Assembly (NCBI RefSeq): GCF_013315695.1
Contig: NZ_CP054353.1
Source of the DNA: Escherichia coli
GTDB taxonomy: Bacteria > Pseudomonadota > Gammaproteobacteria > Enterobacterales > Enterobacteriaceae
Reading direction: 5' to 3' (one strand)
Length of the DNA stretch: 64,000 nucleotides
Each line of letters opens with the position of its first letter. Positions within the stretch are counted from its first letter, which is position 1. A program made the translations under genes and the position numbers. This document shows, in pieces, positions 38,552 to 50,207 of the stretch. The notes under the pieces were generated by a model. The model ran no database searches and was not told the DNA's origin. It saw only the letters and a program-made list of their open reading frames with translations.

Positions 38552-39640
38552 TTAGCCGTGACGGCGTTCGAACTCAACCATGAAGTCTGTCAGCGCTTTA
38601 ACGCCTTCCAGCGGCATGGCGTTATAAATAGACGCGCGCATTCCGCCGACCACACGGTGACCTTTCAGCGCATGAAGGCCAGCAGCAAAAGACTCTTCAA
38701 GGAACAATTTGTCAAGCGCACTGTCCGCCAACTGGAACGGCACGTTCATCCGCGAACGGTTAGCTTTCGCCACGTCATTGCGGTAGAAATCGCTGTTATC
38801 AATCACCCCATACAGCAGTTCTGCTTTTTGCTGATTGATTTTATCCATTGCAGCTACACCGCCGTTCGCTTTCAGCCATTTAAAGACCAGACCAGACAGA
38901 TACCAGGCAAATGTCGGCGGCGTGTTGAACATGGAATCGTTATCGTTGAGGATGGAGTAATCCAGAATCGATGGGCAGGCGATATTCGCTTTGCCCAGCA
39001 AATCTTCACGAACGATGACGATTGTCAGGCCAGCCGGGCCGATATTTTTCTGCGCGCCAGCGTAAATTACCCCATAACGGCTGACATCAATCGGACGGGA
39101 AAGAATGGTTGAAGAGAAGTCGGCGGCGACCACCACATCTTTGCCGAAGTCTGGCGTTTCGTCGATGGCGATACCGTCGATGGTTTCATTCGGGCAGTAA
39201 TGCATATAAGCAGCATTATCAGAGAGCTGCCATTCTCGCATTGGCTTAACCGCGCGCAGACCATCAACAGTCACTTTGGCGTCAAAGACATTAGGCGTGC
39301 AGTATTTTTTCGCTTCTTTAATGGCACTTGCCGCCCAGTAACCGGCATCAACATAATCTGCAGTGGTTTTATCACCGAGAATATTCAGCGGAACAGCAGC
39401 AAACTGACCGCGACCGCCGCCATGGCAGAACAATACCTTGTAGTTGGAGGGGACATTAAGAAGATCGCGAAAATCCTTCTCGGCTTCCTCTGCAACCTGA
39501 ATGAACTCTTTGCCCCGGTGACTCACTTCCATCACCGACGTACCAAGACCGTTCCAGTCGCGCAGTTCCTGTTGAGCCTGTTTAAGCACCTCTGCCGGTA
39601 GCATTGCCGGACCAGAACTAAAATTGAAGATTTGAGCCAT
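38552..39640 (-). CDS. serC: phosphoserine aminotransferase
   Basis: 362-aa ORF ([46 protein letters not shown]...) matching SerC; upstream of aroA on the same strand (serC-aroA operon). Confidence 0.97.
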   Translation of the reverse strand: MAQIFNFSSGPAMLPAEVLKQAQQELRDWNGLGTSVMEVSHRGKEFIQVAEEAEKDFRDLLNVPSNYKVLFCHGGGRGQFAAVPLNILGDKTTADYVDAGYWAASAIKEAKKYCTPNVFDAKVTVDGLRAVKPMREWQLSDNAAYMHYCPNETIDGIAIDETPDFGKDVVVAADFSSTILSRPIDVSRYGVIYAGAQKNIGPAGLTIVIVREDLLGKANIACPSILDYSILNDNDSMFNTPPTFAWYLSGLVFKWLKANGGVAAMDKINQQKAELLYGVIDNSDFYRNDVAKANRSRMNVPFQLADSALDKLFLEESFAAGLHALKGHRVVGGMRASIYNAMPLEGVKALTDFMVEFERRHG

Positions 39641-39838
39641 TTCCCCTCACCACGTTGCGTTGCTATTAACCCGCGGTCAATCGATTGCGACCACAGGTAA
39701 TACATTATTCCTGTGGCTATCGGTTTTATCATTCAGTGACACACATCGCAATGAGTAAAACCGTTGAGGGCAAAAATGTGGCTTGCATCACACAAAAGAA
39801 TCTCTCGGATTATTAGCAAAAAGCCGATGTTTTTACTG

Positions 39839-40531
39839 TCACGTCACCCGTTTTGCCCGACTTGCCTTCGTCCATTCTGGATTTGCACAGCGCGGACATA
39901 ATTGTTTTTCCCCCGCGTTCATATGAATGATTTCACTGCAACGAATGCAGGCATAGTCCGCCGACTCGGGTACCACTTTGTAACGCTGAGTACAATCACT
40001 GGGTAAAATAAGTAAACCCGGTTTCACCTTGTCATCTTCAAAGAAATAGACACTGATTTGCCCGTTGGTTTCGAGAATCGCCAGACGTACCTGCCCCAAC
40101 TGCTCCACTCCACGCAGTCGCAGCTCCATAAAGAACTCAAATTCCGTCATGTTGGAGTTATTAAGTTTCGACCAGGCCAGCTCACCATCCTCAATAATGA
40201 CAACCGGCTTGCCTTCCAGAAGATCTTCCAGTTTTTCACTGTGCGCCATCAACCACATTACCAGGCGGTATAACAAAGCCAGAGTAATAAAGACGATAAG
40301 TACCGGGACCATCGGCACATCATCATAAAACGCCACATCTCCCGCCGCTGACCCCAGCGTCAGAATGATTAACACTTCAAAAAGCGACATCTGCCGCACA
40401 CCGCGTCTTCCGGTCATTTTGAGGAACAAAAAAACCAGTACAAAGGTATAAAGACTACGTAGTGCCACTTCGCCAAGGAAATCAAAAGGCACTTTATCAA
40501 ATGCCATACGGTGGAGATCGAACGCCTTCAT
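39839..40531 (-). CDS. ycaP: DUF421 inner membrane protein YcaP
   Basis: 230-aa membrane ORF between serC and ycaO. Confidence 0.8.
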   Translation of the reverse strand: MKAFDLHRMAFDKVPFDFLGEVALRSLYTFVLVFLFLKMTGRRGVRQMSLFEVLIILTLGSAAGDVAFYDDVPMVPVLIVFITLALLYRLVMWLMAHSEKLEDLLEGKPVVIIEDGELAWSKLNNSNMTEFEFFMELRLRGVEQLGQVRLAILETNGQISVYFFEDDKVKPGLLILPSDCTQRYKVVPESADYACIRCSEIIHMNAGEKQLCPRCANPEWTKASRAKRVT

Positions 40532-40660
40532 TTTTATGCTCTTATCGTGGTTTATCCACTAAAAGCATAGTCAACAGTTCATCGGCATGGCGGCGGTGAT
40601 AGCGCCTTTGAGATAAAACCCGTATTATTGCGCGCTTTCCGTACGACTAAAGTGATTTTC

Positions 40661-42421
40661 ATGACGCAAACATTTATCCCCGGCAAAGATGCCGCACTGG
40701 AAGATTCCATCGCTCGCTTCCAGCAAAAACTTTCAGACCTCGGCTTTCAGATTGAAGAGGCCTCCTGGCTGAATCCCGTGCCTAACGTCTGGTCTGTACA
40801 TATTCGCGACAAAGAGTGCGCACTGTGTTTTACCAACGGTAAAGGCGCAACCAAAAAAGCGGCGCTGGCTTCTGCACTCGGTGAATATTTCGAGCGTCTC
40901 TCAACCAACTACTTTTTTGCTGACTTCTGGCTGGGCGAAACCATCGCCAACGGTCCGTTCGTGCATTATCCCAACGAAAAATGGTTCCCACTGAGCGAAA
41001 ATGACGATGTGCCAGAAGGGCTGCTCGATGACCGTCTGCGCGCATTTTACGATCCGGAGAATGAACTGACCGGCAGCATGCTGATTGACCTACAATCCGG
41101 TAACGAAGATCGTGGTATTTGCGGTCTACCGTTTACGCGCCAGTCCGACAATCAGACCATTTATATTCCGATGAATATCATTGGTAACTTGTACGTTTCT
41201 AACGGTATGTCTGCTGGCAATACCCGTAACGAAGCACGCGTTCAGGGGTTGTCCGAAGTTTTCGAACGTTACGTGAAAAACCGCATTATTGCTGAAAGCA
41301 TCAGCTTGCCGGAAATCCCGGCAGACGTGCTGGCGCGTTACCCAGCGGTGGTTGAAGCCATCGAAACACTGGAAGCAGAAGGTTTCCCAATCTTTGCTTA
41401 TGATGGTTCGCTTGGCGGCCAGTATCCGGTGATTTGCGTGGTACTGTTCAATCCTGCTAACGGTACCTGCTTTGCCTCTTTCGGTGCGCATCCTGATTTT
41501 GGCGTAGCACTGGAACGTACCGTGACCGAGCTGCTGCAAGGTCGTGGCCTGAAAGATTTGGATGTGTTTACTCCGCCAACCTTCGATGATGAAGAAGTTG
41601 CTGAACATACCAACCTCGAAACGCACTTTATCGATTCCAGCGGTTTAATCTCCTGGGACCTGTTCAAGCAGGATGCCGATTATCCGTTTGTGGACTGGAA
41701 TTTCTCCGGCACTACGGAAGAAGAGTTTGCTACGCTGATGGCTATCTTCAACAACGAAGATAAAGAAGTTTATATTGCCGATTACGAGCATCTGGGCGTT
41801 TATGCTTGCCGAATTATCGTGCCTGGCATGTCCGATATTTATCCGGCTGAAGATCTGTGGCTGGCGAATAACAGTATGGGCAGCCATTTACGTGAAACGA
41901 TTCTTTCGCTACCAGGTAGCGAGTGGGAAAAGGAAGATTACCTGAACCTCATCGAGCAACTGGATGAAGAAGGTTTTGATGACTTTACCCGCGTGCGTGA
42001 ACTGTTGGGTCTGGCGACCGGGTCGGATAACAGCTGGTACACTCTGCGTATCGGAGAATTAAAAGCCATGCTGGCGCTGGCTGGTGGCGATCTGGAACAG
42101 GCTCTGGTCTGGACCGAATGGACGATGGAGTTTAACTCATCAGTATTTAGTCCGGAACGCGCCAACTATTATCGCTGCCTGCAAACGTTGTTATTACTGG
42201 CGCAGGAAGAAGATCGCCAGCCGCTGCAATATTTGAATGCGTTTGTTCGCATGTACGGCGCAGATGCCGTGGAAGCCGCCAGTGCGGCAATGAGCGGTGA
42301 ATCGGCGTTTTATGGCCTGCAACCCGTAGATAGCGATCTGCACGCATTTGCTGCACATCAATCGTTGCTGAAGGCCTACGAAAAGCTGCAGCGCGCCAAA
42401 GCGGCATTCTGGGCAAAATAA
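40661..42421 (+). CDS. ycaO: YcaO-domain protein (ribosomal protein S12 beta-methylthiolation accessory factor)
   Basis: 586-aa ORF from ATG 40661 (MTQTFIPGKDAALEDSIARFQQ...); position upstream of focA-pflB. Confidence 0.9.
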   Translation: MTQTFIPGKDAALEDSIARFQQKLSDLGFQIEEASWLNPVPNVWSVHIRDKECALCFTNGKGATKKAALASALGEYFERLSTNYFFADFWLGETIANGPFVHYPNEKWFPLSENDDVPEGLLDDRLRAFYDPENELTGSMLIDLQSGNEDRGICGLPFTRQSDNQTIYIPMNIIGNLYVSNGMSAGNTRNEARVQGLSEVFERYVKNRIIAESISLPEIPADVLARYPAVVEAIETLEAEGFPIFAYDGSLGGQYPVICVVLFNPANGTCFASFGAHPDFGVALERTVTELLQGRGLKDLDVFTPPTFDDEEVAEHTNLETHFIDSSGLISWDLFKQDADYPFVDWNFSGTTEEEFATLMAIFNNEDKEVYIADYEHLGVYACRIIVPGMSDIYPAEDLWLANNSMGSHLRETILSLPGSEWEKEDYLNLIEQLDEEGFDDFTRVRELLGLATGSDNSWYTLRIGELKAMLALAGGDLEQALVWTEWTMEFNSSVFSPERANYYRCLQTLLLLAQEEDRQPLQYLNAFVRMYGADAVEAASAAMSGESAFYGLQPVDSDLHAFAAHQSLLKAYEKLQRAKAAFWAK

Positions 42422-42826
42422 AATCAAATAGCCTACGCAATGTAGGCTTAATGATTCGTCTGAGTTATATTACGGGGCGTTTTTTTAATGCCCCGCTTTA
42501 CATATATTTGCATTAATAAAATAATTGTAATTATAAAGTTAAATATCGGTAATTTGTATTTAATAAATACGATCGATATTGTTACTTTATTCGCCTGGTG
42601 CTCCCTTTTAATTAACTGTTTTAGCGGAGGATGCGGAAAAAATTCAACTCATTTGTTAATTTTTAAAATTTATTTTTATTTGGATAATCAAATATTTACT
42701 CCGTATTTGCATAAAAACCATGCGAGTTACGGGCCTATAAGCCAGGCGAGATATGATCTATATCAATTTCTCATCTATAATGCTTTGTTAGTATCTCGTC
42801 GCCGACTTAATAAAGAGAGAGTTAGT
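42422..42826 (+). promoter_or_regulatory. AT-rich focA-pflB multi-promoter regulatory region (includes ycaO terminator hairpin at about 42427-42453)
   Basis: About 400 bp of AT-rich non-coding DNA upstream of focA; known from the literature to carry FNR/ArcA/IHF-controlled promoters. Individual sites were not mapped. The 398-aa track ORF starting at 42488 is an artefactual extension of focA. Confidence 0.55.
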
Positions 42827-43684
42827 GTGAAAGCTGACAACCCTTTTGATCTTTTACTTCCTGCAGCAATGGCCAAAGTGGCCGAAGAGGCAGGTGTCTA
42901 TAAAGCAACGAAACATCCGCTTAAGACTTTCTATCTGGCGATTACCGCCGGTGTTTTCATCTCAATCGCATTCGTCTTCTATATCACAGCAACCACTGGC
43001 ACAGGAACAATGCCCTTCGGCATGGCAAAACTGGTTGGCGGCATTTGCTTCTCTCTGGGGCTGATTCTTTGTGTTGTCTGCGGAGCCGATCTCTTTACTT
43101 CCACAGTGTTGATTGTTGTTGCTAAGGCGAGTGGGCGCATCACCTGGGGTCAGTTGGCGAAAAACTGGCTAAATGTTTATTTTGGCAACCTAGTCGGCGC
43201 ACTGCTGTTTGTACTTTTAATGTGGCTTTCCGGCGAGTATATGACCGCAAATGGTCAATGGGGACTAAACGTCCTACAAACCGCCGACCACAAAGTGCAC
43301 CATACTTTTATTGAGGCCGTCTGTCTTGGTATCCTGGCAAACCTGATGGTATGTCTGGCAGTATGGATGAGTTATTCTGGCCGCAGCCTGATGGACAAAG
43401 CGTTCATTATGGTGCTGCCGGTCGCGATGTTTGTTGCCAGCGGTTTTGAGCACAGTATCGCAAACATGTTTATGATCCCGATGGGTATTGTAATCCGCGA
43501 CTTCGCATCTCCGGAATTCTGGACCGCTGTCGGTTCTGCACCGGAAAATTTTTCTCACCTGACCGTGATGAATTTCATCACTGATAACCTGATTCCGGTT
43601 ACGATCGGTAATATTATCGGCGGTGGTTTGTTGGTTGGGTTGACATACTGGGTCATTTACCTGCGTGAAAACGATCACCATTAA
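42827..43684 (+). CDS. focA: formate channel FocA (FNT family)
   Basis: 285-aa ORF from GTG 42827 (MKADNPFDLLLPAAMAKVAEEAGVYKATKHP...) preceded by AAAGAGAGAG RBS; in frame with the longer track ORF. Confidence 0.93.
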   Translation: MKADNPFDLLLPAAMAKVAEEAGVYKATKHPLKTFYLAITAGVFISIAFVFYITATTGTGTMPFGMAKLVGGICFSLGLILCVVCGADLFTSTVLIVVAKASGRITWGQLAKNWLNVYFGNLVGALLFVLLMWLSGEYMTANGQWGLNVLQTADHKVHHTFIEAVCLGILANLMVCLAVWMSYSGRSLMDKAFIMVLPVAMFVASGFEHSIANMFMIPMGIVIRDFASPEFWTAVGSAPENFSHLTVMNFITDNLIPVTIGNIIGGGLLVGLTYWVIYLRENDHH

Positions 43685-43738
43685 TGGTTGTCGAAGTACG
43701 CAGTAAATAAAAAATCCACTTAAGAAGGTAGGTGTTAC

Positions 43739-46021
43739 ATGTCCGAGCTTAATGAAAAGTTAGCCACAGCCTGGGAAGGTTTTACCAAAGGTGACTGGCA
43801 GAATGAAGTAAACGTCCGTGACTTCATTCAGAAAAACTACACTCCGTACGAGGGTGACGAGTCCTTCCTGGCTGGCGCTACTGAAGCGACCACCACCCTG
43901 TGGGACAAAGTAATGGAAGGCGTTAAACTGGAAAACCGCACTCACGCGCCAGTTGACTTTGACACCGCTGTTGCTTCCACCATCACCTCTCACGACGCTG
44001 GTTACATCAACAAGCAGCTTGAGAAAATCGTTGGTCTGCAGACTGAAGCTCCGCTGAAACGTGCTCTTATCCCGTTCGGTGGTATCAAAATGATCGAAGG
44101 TTCCTGCAAAGCGTACAACCGCGAACTGGACCCGATGATCAAAAAAATCTTCACTGAATACCGTAAAACTCACAACCAGGGCGTGTTCGACGTTTACACT
44201 CCGGACATCCTGCGTTGCCGTAAATCCGGTGTTCTGACCGGTCTGCCAGATGCTTATGGCCGTGGTCGTATCATCGGTGACTACCGTCGCGTTGCGCTGT
44301 ACGGTATCGACTACCTGATGAAAGACAAACTTGCACAGTTCACCTCTCTGCAGGCTGATCTGGAAAACGGCGTAAACCTGGAACAGACTATCCGTCTGCG
44401 CGAAGAAATCGCTGAACAGCACCGCGCTCTGGGTCAGATGAAAGAAATGGCTGCGAAATACGGCTACGACATCTCTGGTCCGGCTACCAACGCTCAGGAA
44501 GCTATCCAGTGGACTTACTTCGGCTACCTGGCTGCTGTTAAGTCTCAGAACGGTGCTGCAATGTCCTTCGGTCGTACCTCCACCTTCCTGGATGTGTACA
44601 TCGAACGTGACCTGAAAGCTGGCAAGATCACCGAACAAGAAGCGCAGGAAATGGTTGACCACCTGGTCATGAAACTGCGTATGGTTCGCTTCCTGCGTAC
44701 TCCGGAATACGATGAACTGTTCTCTGGCGACCCGATCTGGGCAACCGAATCTATCGGTGGTATGGGCCTCGACGGTCGTACCCTGGTTACCAAAAACAGC
44801 TTCCGTTTCCTGAACACCCTGTACACCATGGGTCCGTCTCCGGAACCGAACATGACCATTCTGTGGTCTGAAAAACTGCCGCTGAACTTCAAGAAATTCG
44901 CCGCTAAAGTGTCCATCGACACCTCTTCTCTGCAGTATGAGAACGATGACCTGATGCGTCCGGACTTCAACAACGATGACTACGCTATCGCTTGCTGCGT
45001 AAGCCCGATGATCGTTGGTAAACAAATGCAGTTCTTCGGTGCGCGTGCAAACCTGGCGAAAACCATGCTGTACGCAATCAACGGCGGCGTTGACGAAAAA
45101 CTGAAAATGCAGGTTGGTCCGAAGTCTGAGCCGATCAAAGGCGATCTCCTGAACTACGATGAAGTGATGGAGCGCATGGATCACTTCATGGACTGGCTGG
45201 CTAAACAGTACATCACTGCACTGAACATCATCCACTACATGCACGACAAGTACAGCTACGAAGCCTCTCTGATGGCGCTGCACGACCGTGACGTTATCCG
45301 CACCATGGCGTGTGGTATCGCTGGTCTGTCCGTTGCTGCTGACTCCCTGTCTGCAATCAAATATGCGAAAGTTAAACCGATTCGTGACGAAGACGGTCTG
45401 GCTATCGACTTCGAAATCGAAGGCGAATACCCGCAGTTTGGTAACAACGATCCGCGTGTAGATGACCTGGCTGTTGACCTGGTAGAACGTTTCATGAAGA
45501 AAATTCAGAAACTGCACACCTACCGTGACGCTATCCCGACTCAGTCTGTTCTGACCATCACTTCTAACGTTGTGTATGGTAAGAAAACTGGTAACACCCC
45601 AGACGGTCGTCGTGCTGGCGCGCCGTTCGGACCAGGTGCTAACCCGATGCACGGTCGTGACCAGAAAGGTGCAGTAGCCTCTCTGACTTCCGTTGCTAAA
45701 CTGCCGTTTGCTTACGCTAAAGATGGTATCTCCTACACCTTCTCTATCGTTCCGAACGCACTGGGTAAAGACGACGAAGTTCGTAAGACCAACCTGGCTG
45801 GTCTGATGGATGGTTACTTCCACCACGAAGCATCCATCGAAGGTGGTCAGCACCTGAACGTTAACGTGATGAACCGTGAAATGCTGCTCGACGCGATGGA
45901 AAACCCGGAAAAATATCCGCAGCTGACCATCCGTGTATCTGGCTATGCAGTACGTTTCAACTCGCTGACTAAAGAACAGCAGCAGGACGTTATTACTCGT
46001 ACCTTCACTCAATCTATGTAA
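43739..46021 (+). CDS. pflB: pyruvate formate-lyase (formate C-acetyltransferase)
   Basis: 760-aa ORF with the C-terminal glycyl-radical motif RVSGYAV and active-site cysteines (IACCVSPM). Confidence 0.98.
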   Translation: MSELNEKLATAWEGFTKGDWQNEVNVRDFIQKNYTPYEGDESFLAGATEATTTLWDKVMEGVKLENRTHAPVDFDTAVASTITSHDAGYINKQLEKIVGLQTEAPLKRALIPFGGIKMIEGSCKAYNRELDPMIKKIFTEYRKTHNQGVFDVYTPDILRCRKSGVLTGLPDAYGRGRIIGDYRRVALYGIDYLMKDKLAQFTSLQADLENGVNLEQTIRLREEIAEQHRALGQMKEMAAKYGYDISGPATNAQEAIQWTYFGYLAAVKSQNGAAMSFGRTSTFLDVYIERDLKAGKITEQEAQEMVDHLVMKLRMVRFLRTPEYDELFSGDPIWATESIGGMGLDGRTLVTKNSFRFLNTLYTMGPSPEPNMTILWSEKLPLNFKKFAAKVSIDTSSLQYENDDLMRPDFNNDDYAIACCVSPMIVGKQMQFFGARANLAKTMLYAINGGVDEKLKMQVGPKSEPIKGDLLNYDEVMERMDHFMDWLAKQYITALNIIHYMHDKYSYEASLMALHDRDVIRTMACGIAGLSVAADSLSAIKYAKVKPIRDEDGLAIDFEIEGEYPQFGNNDPRVDDLAVDLVERFMKKIQKLHTYRDAIPTQSVLTITSNVVYGKKTGNTPDGRRAGAPFGPGANPMHGRDQKGAVASLTSVAKLPFAYAKDGISYTFSIVPNALGKDDEVRKTNLAGLMDGYFHHEASIEGGQHLNVNVMNREMLLDAMENPEKYPQLTIRVSGYAVRFNSLTKEQQQDVITRTFTQSM

Positions 46022-46063
46022 TTAGATTTGACTGAAATCGTACAGTAAAAAGCGTACAATAAA

Positions 46064-46089
46064 GGCTCCACGAAAGTGGGGCCTTTTTT
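46064..46089 (+). terminator. rho-independent terminator of pflB
   Basis: Imperfect hairpin GGCTCCAC-GAAA-GTGGGGCC followed by TTTTTT. Confidence 0.6.
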
Positions 46090-46212
46090 AGCACGAGAGC
46101 CTTTTTTGTCAGCTATCTATACTTTAAGGTGACTGCCAAAACAGACTCGACGTAGCCTTCGAGCTGCGCACCAACACGGCCTCAGATGGGCCACATCTGG
46201 AGAAACACCGCA

Positions 46213-46953
46213 ATGTCAGTTATTGGTCGCATTCACTCCTTTGAATCCTGTGGAACCGTAGACGGCCCGGGTATTCGCTTTATCACCTTTTTCCAGGGCT
46301 GCCTGATGCGCTGCCTGTATTGTCATAACCGCGACACCTGGGATACGCATGGCGGTAAAGAAGTTACCGTTGAAGATTTGATGAAGGAAGTGGTGACCTA
46401 TCGCCACTTTATGAACGCTTCCGGCGGCGGCGTTACCGCATCCGGCGGTGAGGCAATCCTACAAGCTGAGTTTGTTCGTGACTGGTTCCGCGCCTGCAAA
46501 AAAGAAGGCATTCATACCTGTCTGGACACCAACGGTTTTGTTCGTCGTTACGATCCGGTGATTGATGAACTGCTGGAAGTAACCGACCTGGTAATGCTCG
46601 ATCTCAAACAGATGAACGACGAGATCCACCAAAATCTGGTTGGAGTTTCAAACCACCGCACGCTGGAGTTCGCCAAATATCTGGCGAACAAAAATGTGAA
46701 GGTGTGGATCCGCTACGTTGTTGTGCCAGGCTGGTCTGACGATGACGATTCAGCGCATCGCCTCGGTGAATTTACCCGTGATATGGGCAACGTTGAGAAA
46801 ATCGAGCTTCTCCCCTACCACGAACTGGGCAAACACAAATGGGTGGCGATGGGCGAAGAGTACAAGCTCGACGGTGTAAAACCACCGAAAAAAGAGACGA
46901 TGGAGCGAGTAAAAGGCATTCTTGAACAATATGGTCATAAAGTGATGTTTTAG
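46213..46953 (+). CDS. pflA: pyruvate formate-lyase activating enzyme (radical SAM)
   Basis: 246-aa ORF from ATG 46213 ([23 protein letters not shown]...) with the radical-SAM cluster motif [10 protein letters not shown]. Confidence 0.96.
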   Translation: MSVIGRIHSFESCGTVDGPGIRFITFFQGCLMRCLYCHNRDTWDTHGGKEVTVEDLMKEVVTYRHFMNASGGGVTASGGEAILQAEFVRDWFRACKKEGIHTCLDTNGFVRRYDPVIDELLEVTDLVMLDLKQMNDEIHQNLVGVSNHRTLEFAKYLANKNVKVWIRYVVVPGWSDDDDSAHRLGEFTRDMGNVEKIELLPYHELGKHKWVAMGEEYKLDGVKPPKKETMERVKGILEQYGHKVMF

Positions 46954-47019
46954 AACATCATTGCAGGTTGAATGTCGACCTGTAATTTTGGCTCCTTCCC
47001 CCTTCTTTTAGTTAGAATA

Positions 47020-47059
47020 AATAAATCAGCGTTGAGTGTATGCTCGACGCTGATTTATT
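47020..47059. terminator. 13-bp-stem hairpin between convergent pflA and bcsC-like gene
   Basis: AATAAATCAGCGT...ACGCTGATTTATT perfect inverted repeat with a 14-nt loop; the only strong structure in the 146-bp convergent gap. Confidence 0.5.
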
Positions 47060-47099
47060 GAGCTTAATTTTCGTACTGTAACTTTCCGATGCTACGTTA

Positions 47100-50000
47100 C
47101 TACCCGTCGGCGTAAGGTATCAGCGGCTGTGGCGGTAAATCCATATCGCCCTGCCATCCGGCGGCGGAATACCGTACATAGAGCTGGAAGTGACTTGGCG
47201 CATAATCCTTCGCTTTCTGGATATCAATCGCCGTACCAACAAACCAGTTGGACGTGACGCGACGTTCAAGTAATGCCCGTGCCGTGTAACCAAAACCCTG
47301 ACTGCTGCTACCACTGTTGGATTGTTGTGCTGCTTCTTCCTGCCAGTCGCTCGGGATCAGGTTCATCAGCGGATAACGCGGCATGGTTTTGGTCCGTGAG
47401 TGCGACCATGAACCTGAAGCCCCCAGCTCCCACGACCAGTTTTCCGTCCGCTCGCGCCACATCACCGGCACCGCAAACGACAGGTATTCCTGCGGGCTGT
47501 AGTAACCGCCCTGACCCAGTGAGTACTCACTCAGGTCTTTGTCGTAATGCCAGATCATGTTGTTCAGGCCAATGGTAACGCGGCGGTTATTCTCGTTGAT
47601 AATTTTATAGTAATAGCCCGTCATCCAGCGCACGCGCCAGTTATCTTCGACATTTTTACCGGTTAACTGATCACCGCTAAGCGATGCCCAGACGCCGTTT
47701 GCTTCACCTTTATCGTAACTCAGACTTAGCCCCACGCCGTCGGCACGCACGCCGCCCCATTTTTTCCCGGTGTTGCCCGGAGAATCTTTCTGCCCGCCGA
47801 AGGCCAGCATTGAGCTGGAGACAGGCCGACGATGTGCGTCAACGGTATAGCCGAGTGGGCCGATACTGTCGCTGTAACTGACAGCGCCGACCACATCCAC
47901 CACGTTGAATCCCATCGGTGTGGTGCCAATATCCCAGCTCCAGGTGTCGTTGCGCCAGCCAACCGCCACGCTTGTGCCGGAGTCTGACTGACTGCGGTTG
48001 CCGCTACACTCCTGCAGCGTACAGGTTCCCCAGTTATCATCCCATTTGCCATCGGCATTAGTGGAGAAACTGCCGACGTTCATATTGACGAAATCACTGC
48101 GAAAGAACATCCGACCGTCAGAATACGGCGCATCCACCTGCAACATGGTGGTATGTGCTTTCAGGTCAGAATAGCCGCCAGTGCCGTTTGATCCCCAGTA
48201 GTCGTGCTCCAGGGTGACATTGAGATCCTGCTGACGATAAAGATCTGCCGCATCGCTGCGCACGCCACGTTTCAGCCAGTCATCCTGCTCATCATTACGG
48301 GTAAGGCGGGTAAAGGTGTCGTTATCCTGCGGACGTGTCGTCGTCACGCCGGAAGCGATCATCGCATCTTTGTAGGTTTCCAGCGCCTGTTGCGGTTCAC
48401 CCGCCTGCGCCTCAAATTTTGCGCCATCGCGCAGTACCATCGCGCTTTCCATCGACGGCGGCTGAGATTTTGCCTGCAGGATCAGCCTGTTAAATGTCTG
48501 CTGTGCCGCTGCGGTATCGCCAAGCTGTGCCTGCACCAACGCCACGCGCCGCTGAGTGTTCAGCGAGGCGTTATCGGTGGCGGGAAGTTTCGCCAGTTGA
48601 CTGCGCGCCGCGGCTTTGTCGCCTGCGGCAATATCCACTTCCGTCAGGCCAAGAATGGCATCGGCGTTATTCGACTCCCGCGCCAGCACATTCTGATACG
48701 CCGTGCGGGCGGCGGTGTAATCGCGTCGCTGTTGTGCCCAGTCAGCCAGCGTAAGATCAATGCGCGTGGAAGGCGGTTGCTGGCGTAGCATCGCCTCCGC
48801 ATCCTGTTCTTTGCCACTGTCACGCAGGCGATTAGCCGTTTCCAGAATCTGATCGCTTTGCAGGCGATTCACCAGTTCCTGAATGTTGCCGTTCCACCGG
48901 GCGCGCGGCAGATTGTTAATATGCGCCAGCGCCGCCCGCTCCTGATCGTGACCGGAGAGATACAGTCCGTAAGCGTAAACCTGGTCCGGGTCGTTCGGCT
49001 TCTGTTGCGCCAGGTTACGCATTAACGTATCAGCCTGGGTACGTTGTCCGGCCTGCCAGAGATCCTGCGAAAGCCGGTAAGTTACCCACACACTGCCGGG
49101 GTCCAGCGCCAGTCGTTGCCGCTGAAGTGCTGCCGCCTGCGCCCATTTACCCTGATTTTCCAGCGCCTCCGCCTGCTGCGATAAGCGATCGTTTTGCAGA
49201 CTGCGTTCGATATCATCAATACTGCGCCGCTGGCTGGCAGAAAGTGACGCAATAAACGCTTCAGCTTTTTCCGGCGATTGCTGCCGATAAATGTTCGCCA
49301 GTCCACGCACGGCGTTAGTGTTGCCGCTGTCCATACGCAGGGTCTGCTGATAATAACGTTCGGCGGCGGGGTAATCTTTTCGCGCCATTGCCACATCACC
49401 CAGCCCCAGCACCGCATAGCTGTCGGTGTTATCGACATTGCGTGCCTGCAGGAACAGGCGTTCCGCCTGATCAGGATTGTTCGCTTTCAGTGCGGCATCG
49501 CCCTGTTGGATCGCCAGCCAATAACGGTTCACTTTCAGCAAACTGTTCCATTTGTCGTTGTTGCTGCTGTGCGGGCCCAGCGCGAGGGCTTTTTCCAGAT
49601 TTGCCACCGCATTCGCGCGATCGCCTTTCTGTGAATAAGCCTGGCCCAGCGCCCCCAATATTGCACCAGAGTTTGGGTTATCAATATTAAGTTTTTTCAA
49701 CTGACTAATTGCCTCGTTGCGACGAGATGCAATTTGCGCCACTGCACTCCAGTATTCCAACGCCATGCCGACATCTGACGGTACTCCGTTAAATAGCTTG
49801 TCATAACTGACAATAGCCTCCTCGTATCGCCCGGAGATAGCTTGTAAACGCGCCATTTGCAATGCCTGGCGCCCCTCAAGCGAAGAAAGTCGCATGACCG
49901 TACGCGATGCTTTATATATTTTTGAATCTGGGGCGATCAGAGAAAGTCTGGCAAGTTGTTTGTGTGCTCCGTCAATATCCCCCTTGCGAAGCAGATAGCG

Positions 50001-50207
50001 AAACCGAGCCGCAACGACATCAGGATTATTGGGCTCCACCAATTCAAGGCGATAAAGCGACTGCTCCACCAGTTCTTCACGGTGAGAGTCTTCTCCCAAT
50101 CGAATCTGTGCCATCAGCAGTTGATAAGCAGTTGGCGTGGCTTTTGCCATCGACATTACCGCCAAACCAAGAGATATGGTGAGTAAATTTAGGGTGAATT
50201 TGTGCAT
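47100..50207 (-). CDS. BcsC-like outer-membrane exopolysaccharide export protein (N-terminal TPR region + C-terminal beta-barrel)
   Basis: About 1035-aa ORF (ATG at 50207; track start 50219 is TTG) with signal peptide MHKFTLNLLTISLGLAVMSMAKA, multiple TPR-like repeats, and a C-terminal region rich in alternating aromatic/Gly beta-strands typical of BcsC barrels. Last gene of the co-oriented cluster. Confidence 0.8.
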   Translation of the reverse strand: MHKFTLNLLTISLGLAVMSMAKATPTAYQLLMAQIRLGEDSHREELVEQSLYRLELVEPNNPDVVAARFRYLLRKGDIDGAHKQLARLSLIAPDSKIYKASRTVMRLSSLEGRQALQMARLQAISGRYEEAIVSYDKLFNGVPSDVGMALEYWSAVAQIASRRNEAISQLKKLNIDNPNSGAILGALGQAYSQKGDRANAVANLEKALALGPHSSNNDKWNSLLKVNRYWLAIQQGDAALKANNPDQAERLFLQARNVDNTDSYAVLGLGDVAMARKDYPAAERYYQQTLRMDSGNTNAVRGLANIYRQQSPEKAEAFIASLSASQRRSIDDIERSLQNDRLSQQAEALENQGKWAQAAALQRQRLALDPGSVWVTYRLSQDLWQAGQRTQADTLMRNLAQQKPNDPDQVYAYGLYLSGHDQERAALAHINNLPRARWNGNIQELVNRLQSDQILETANRLRDSGKEQDAEAMLRQQPPSTRIDLTLADWAQQRRDYTAARTAYQNVLARESNNADAILGLTEVDIAAGDKAAARSQLAKLPATDNASLNTQRRVALVQAQLGDTAAAQQTFNRLILQAKSQPPSMESAMVLRDGAKFEAQAGEPQQALETYKDAMIASGVTTTRPQDNDTFTRLTRNDEQDDWLKRGVRSDAADLYRQQDLNVTLEHDYWGSNGTGGYSDLKAHTTMLQVDAPYSDGRMFFRSDFVNMNVGSFSTNADGKWDDNWGTCTLQECSGNRSQSDSGTSVAVGWRNDTWSWDIGTTPMGFNVVDVVGAVSYSDSIGPLGYTVDAHRRPVSSSMLAFGGQKDSPGNTGKKWGGVRADGVGLSLSYDKGEANGVWASLSGDQLTGKNVEDNWRVRWMTGYYYKIINENNRRVTIGLNNMIWHYDKDLSEYSLGQGGYYSPQEYLSFAVPVMWRERTENWSWELGASGSWSHSRTKTMPRYPLMNLIPSDWQEEAAQQSNSGSSSQGFGYTARALLERRVTSNWFVGTAIDIQKAKDYAPSHFQLYVRYSAAGWQGDMDLPPQPLIPYADG

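Noticed and set aside
42488-42826. Long N-terminal extension of focA in the ORF track (398 aa)
   Set aside because: The extension is AT-rich, repetitive and upstream of a good RBS + GTG start that gives the expected 285-aa FocA; it is the promoter region, not coding sequence.
43760-46012. 750-aa ORF antisense to pflB
   Set aside because: Completely overlaps the well-supported pflB coding sequence on the opposite strand and has low-complexity, stop-poor composition typical of the reverse frame of a highly codon-biased gene; no independent start or RBS context.
47100-50207. Calling the BcsC-like gene the canonical E. coli bcsC (yhjL) relocated by rearrangement
   Set aside because: The genomic context does not match the canonical locus (no bcsZ upstream, pflA rather than pdeK downstream), and I cannot verify identity from memory without an alignment; left as a BcsC-like gene with a flagged mosaic hypothesis.
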